Source of the DNA: Octopus sinensis
Taxonomy: Eukaryota
Reading direction: 5' to 3'
Length of the DNA: 7,964 nucleotides
NCBI RefSeq assembly: GCF_006345805.1
Contig: NW_021828566.1
Span: 1-7,964, forward strand
The position numbers and the translations under genes were made by a program. Under the pieces are notes generated by a model. That model did not search any database, was not told the DNA's origin, and saw only the letters and a program-made list of their open reading frames with translations. This document shows, piece by piece, positions 7,544-7,964 of the stretch (position 1 is the stretch's first letter; every line of letters begins with the position of its first letter).

Positions 7544-7964
7544 CGGGTGCATGTTACTGTCATAAAACCATTATTTTATTATAATATGTCACATGAGCGG
7601 GGGGGGCGTTACGCATTGTGTAGACTTTTACATTCTTGACCTTGAAAATGTCTTTGATCATCCGACATTTTTAAAATTTTTTTTATCAACATTTGATTTT
7701 GTACGTCCAATTTTTATCGTGATCCTATTAGATTAATTTTTATTTATAAATGTTATTTATAAAGATTTTATTTTTATAGTGCCTTAATTTTTAGTGCCAA
7801 ACCTTAATTTATAGCGTGAAATGAAAGATTCTTTTGTTTCAATGGCTTCTTACAAGGTTTTTTAAAAGATGCGTGGAATATAAAAATGCTTTACATGAAA
7901 GATTTTCCGAAAATCTTCCGAGGCACCAAAAATATAGACGTCCAAAAAGCTGGAGAATTTCACC

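Noticed and set aside
1-7964. Alternative genetic code, or prokaryotic systems such as CRISPR arrays or operons
   Set aside because: Stops co-occur with many frameshifts and replace varied residues. There is no regular repeat-spacer array and no long ORF; introns and a SINE indicate a eukaryote.

Overview
AT-rich eukaryotic (probably animal) genomic DNA with no intact gene. It is a mosaic of decayed transposable elements whose frameshifted ORFs the ORF track shows only in fragments. In order: a hAT (Charlie/Buster-type) right end (~600-667); an intronless decayed ORF with an internal protein repeat resembling tandem CARD/death folds (856-1647); the 3' restriction-like endonuclease end of a CRE-type LINE (1648-2020); a LINE ORF1/gag-like fragment (2088-2586); a possible Tc1-like relic (3010-3520); the 3' end of an RTE-group LINE (minus, 3770-4385); a tRNA-derived SINE with a Meta-core-like motif (minus, 4421-4820); a Ginger/KRBA2-like rve integrase (4995-6165); and a Merlin/ISXO2-like DDE transposase (6547-7372). 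The most striking signal is that both DNA-transposon genes are split by several 22-28 nt GT-AG introns, some of which rebuild conserved motifs when removed. All family calls come from manual translation and remembered motifs, with no database search. Some 1-nt indels lie in short homopolymers and could be assembly errors.
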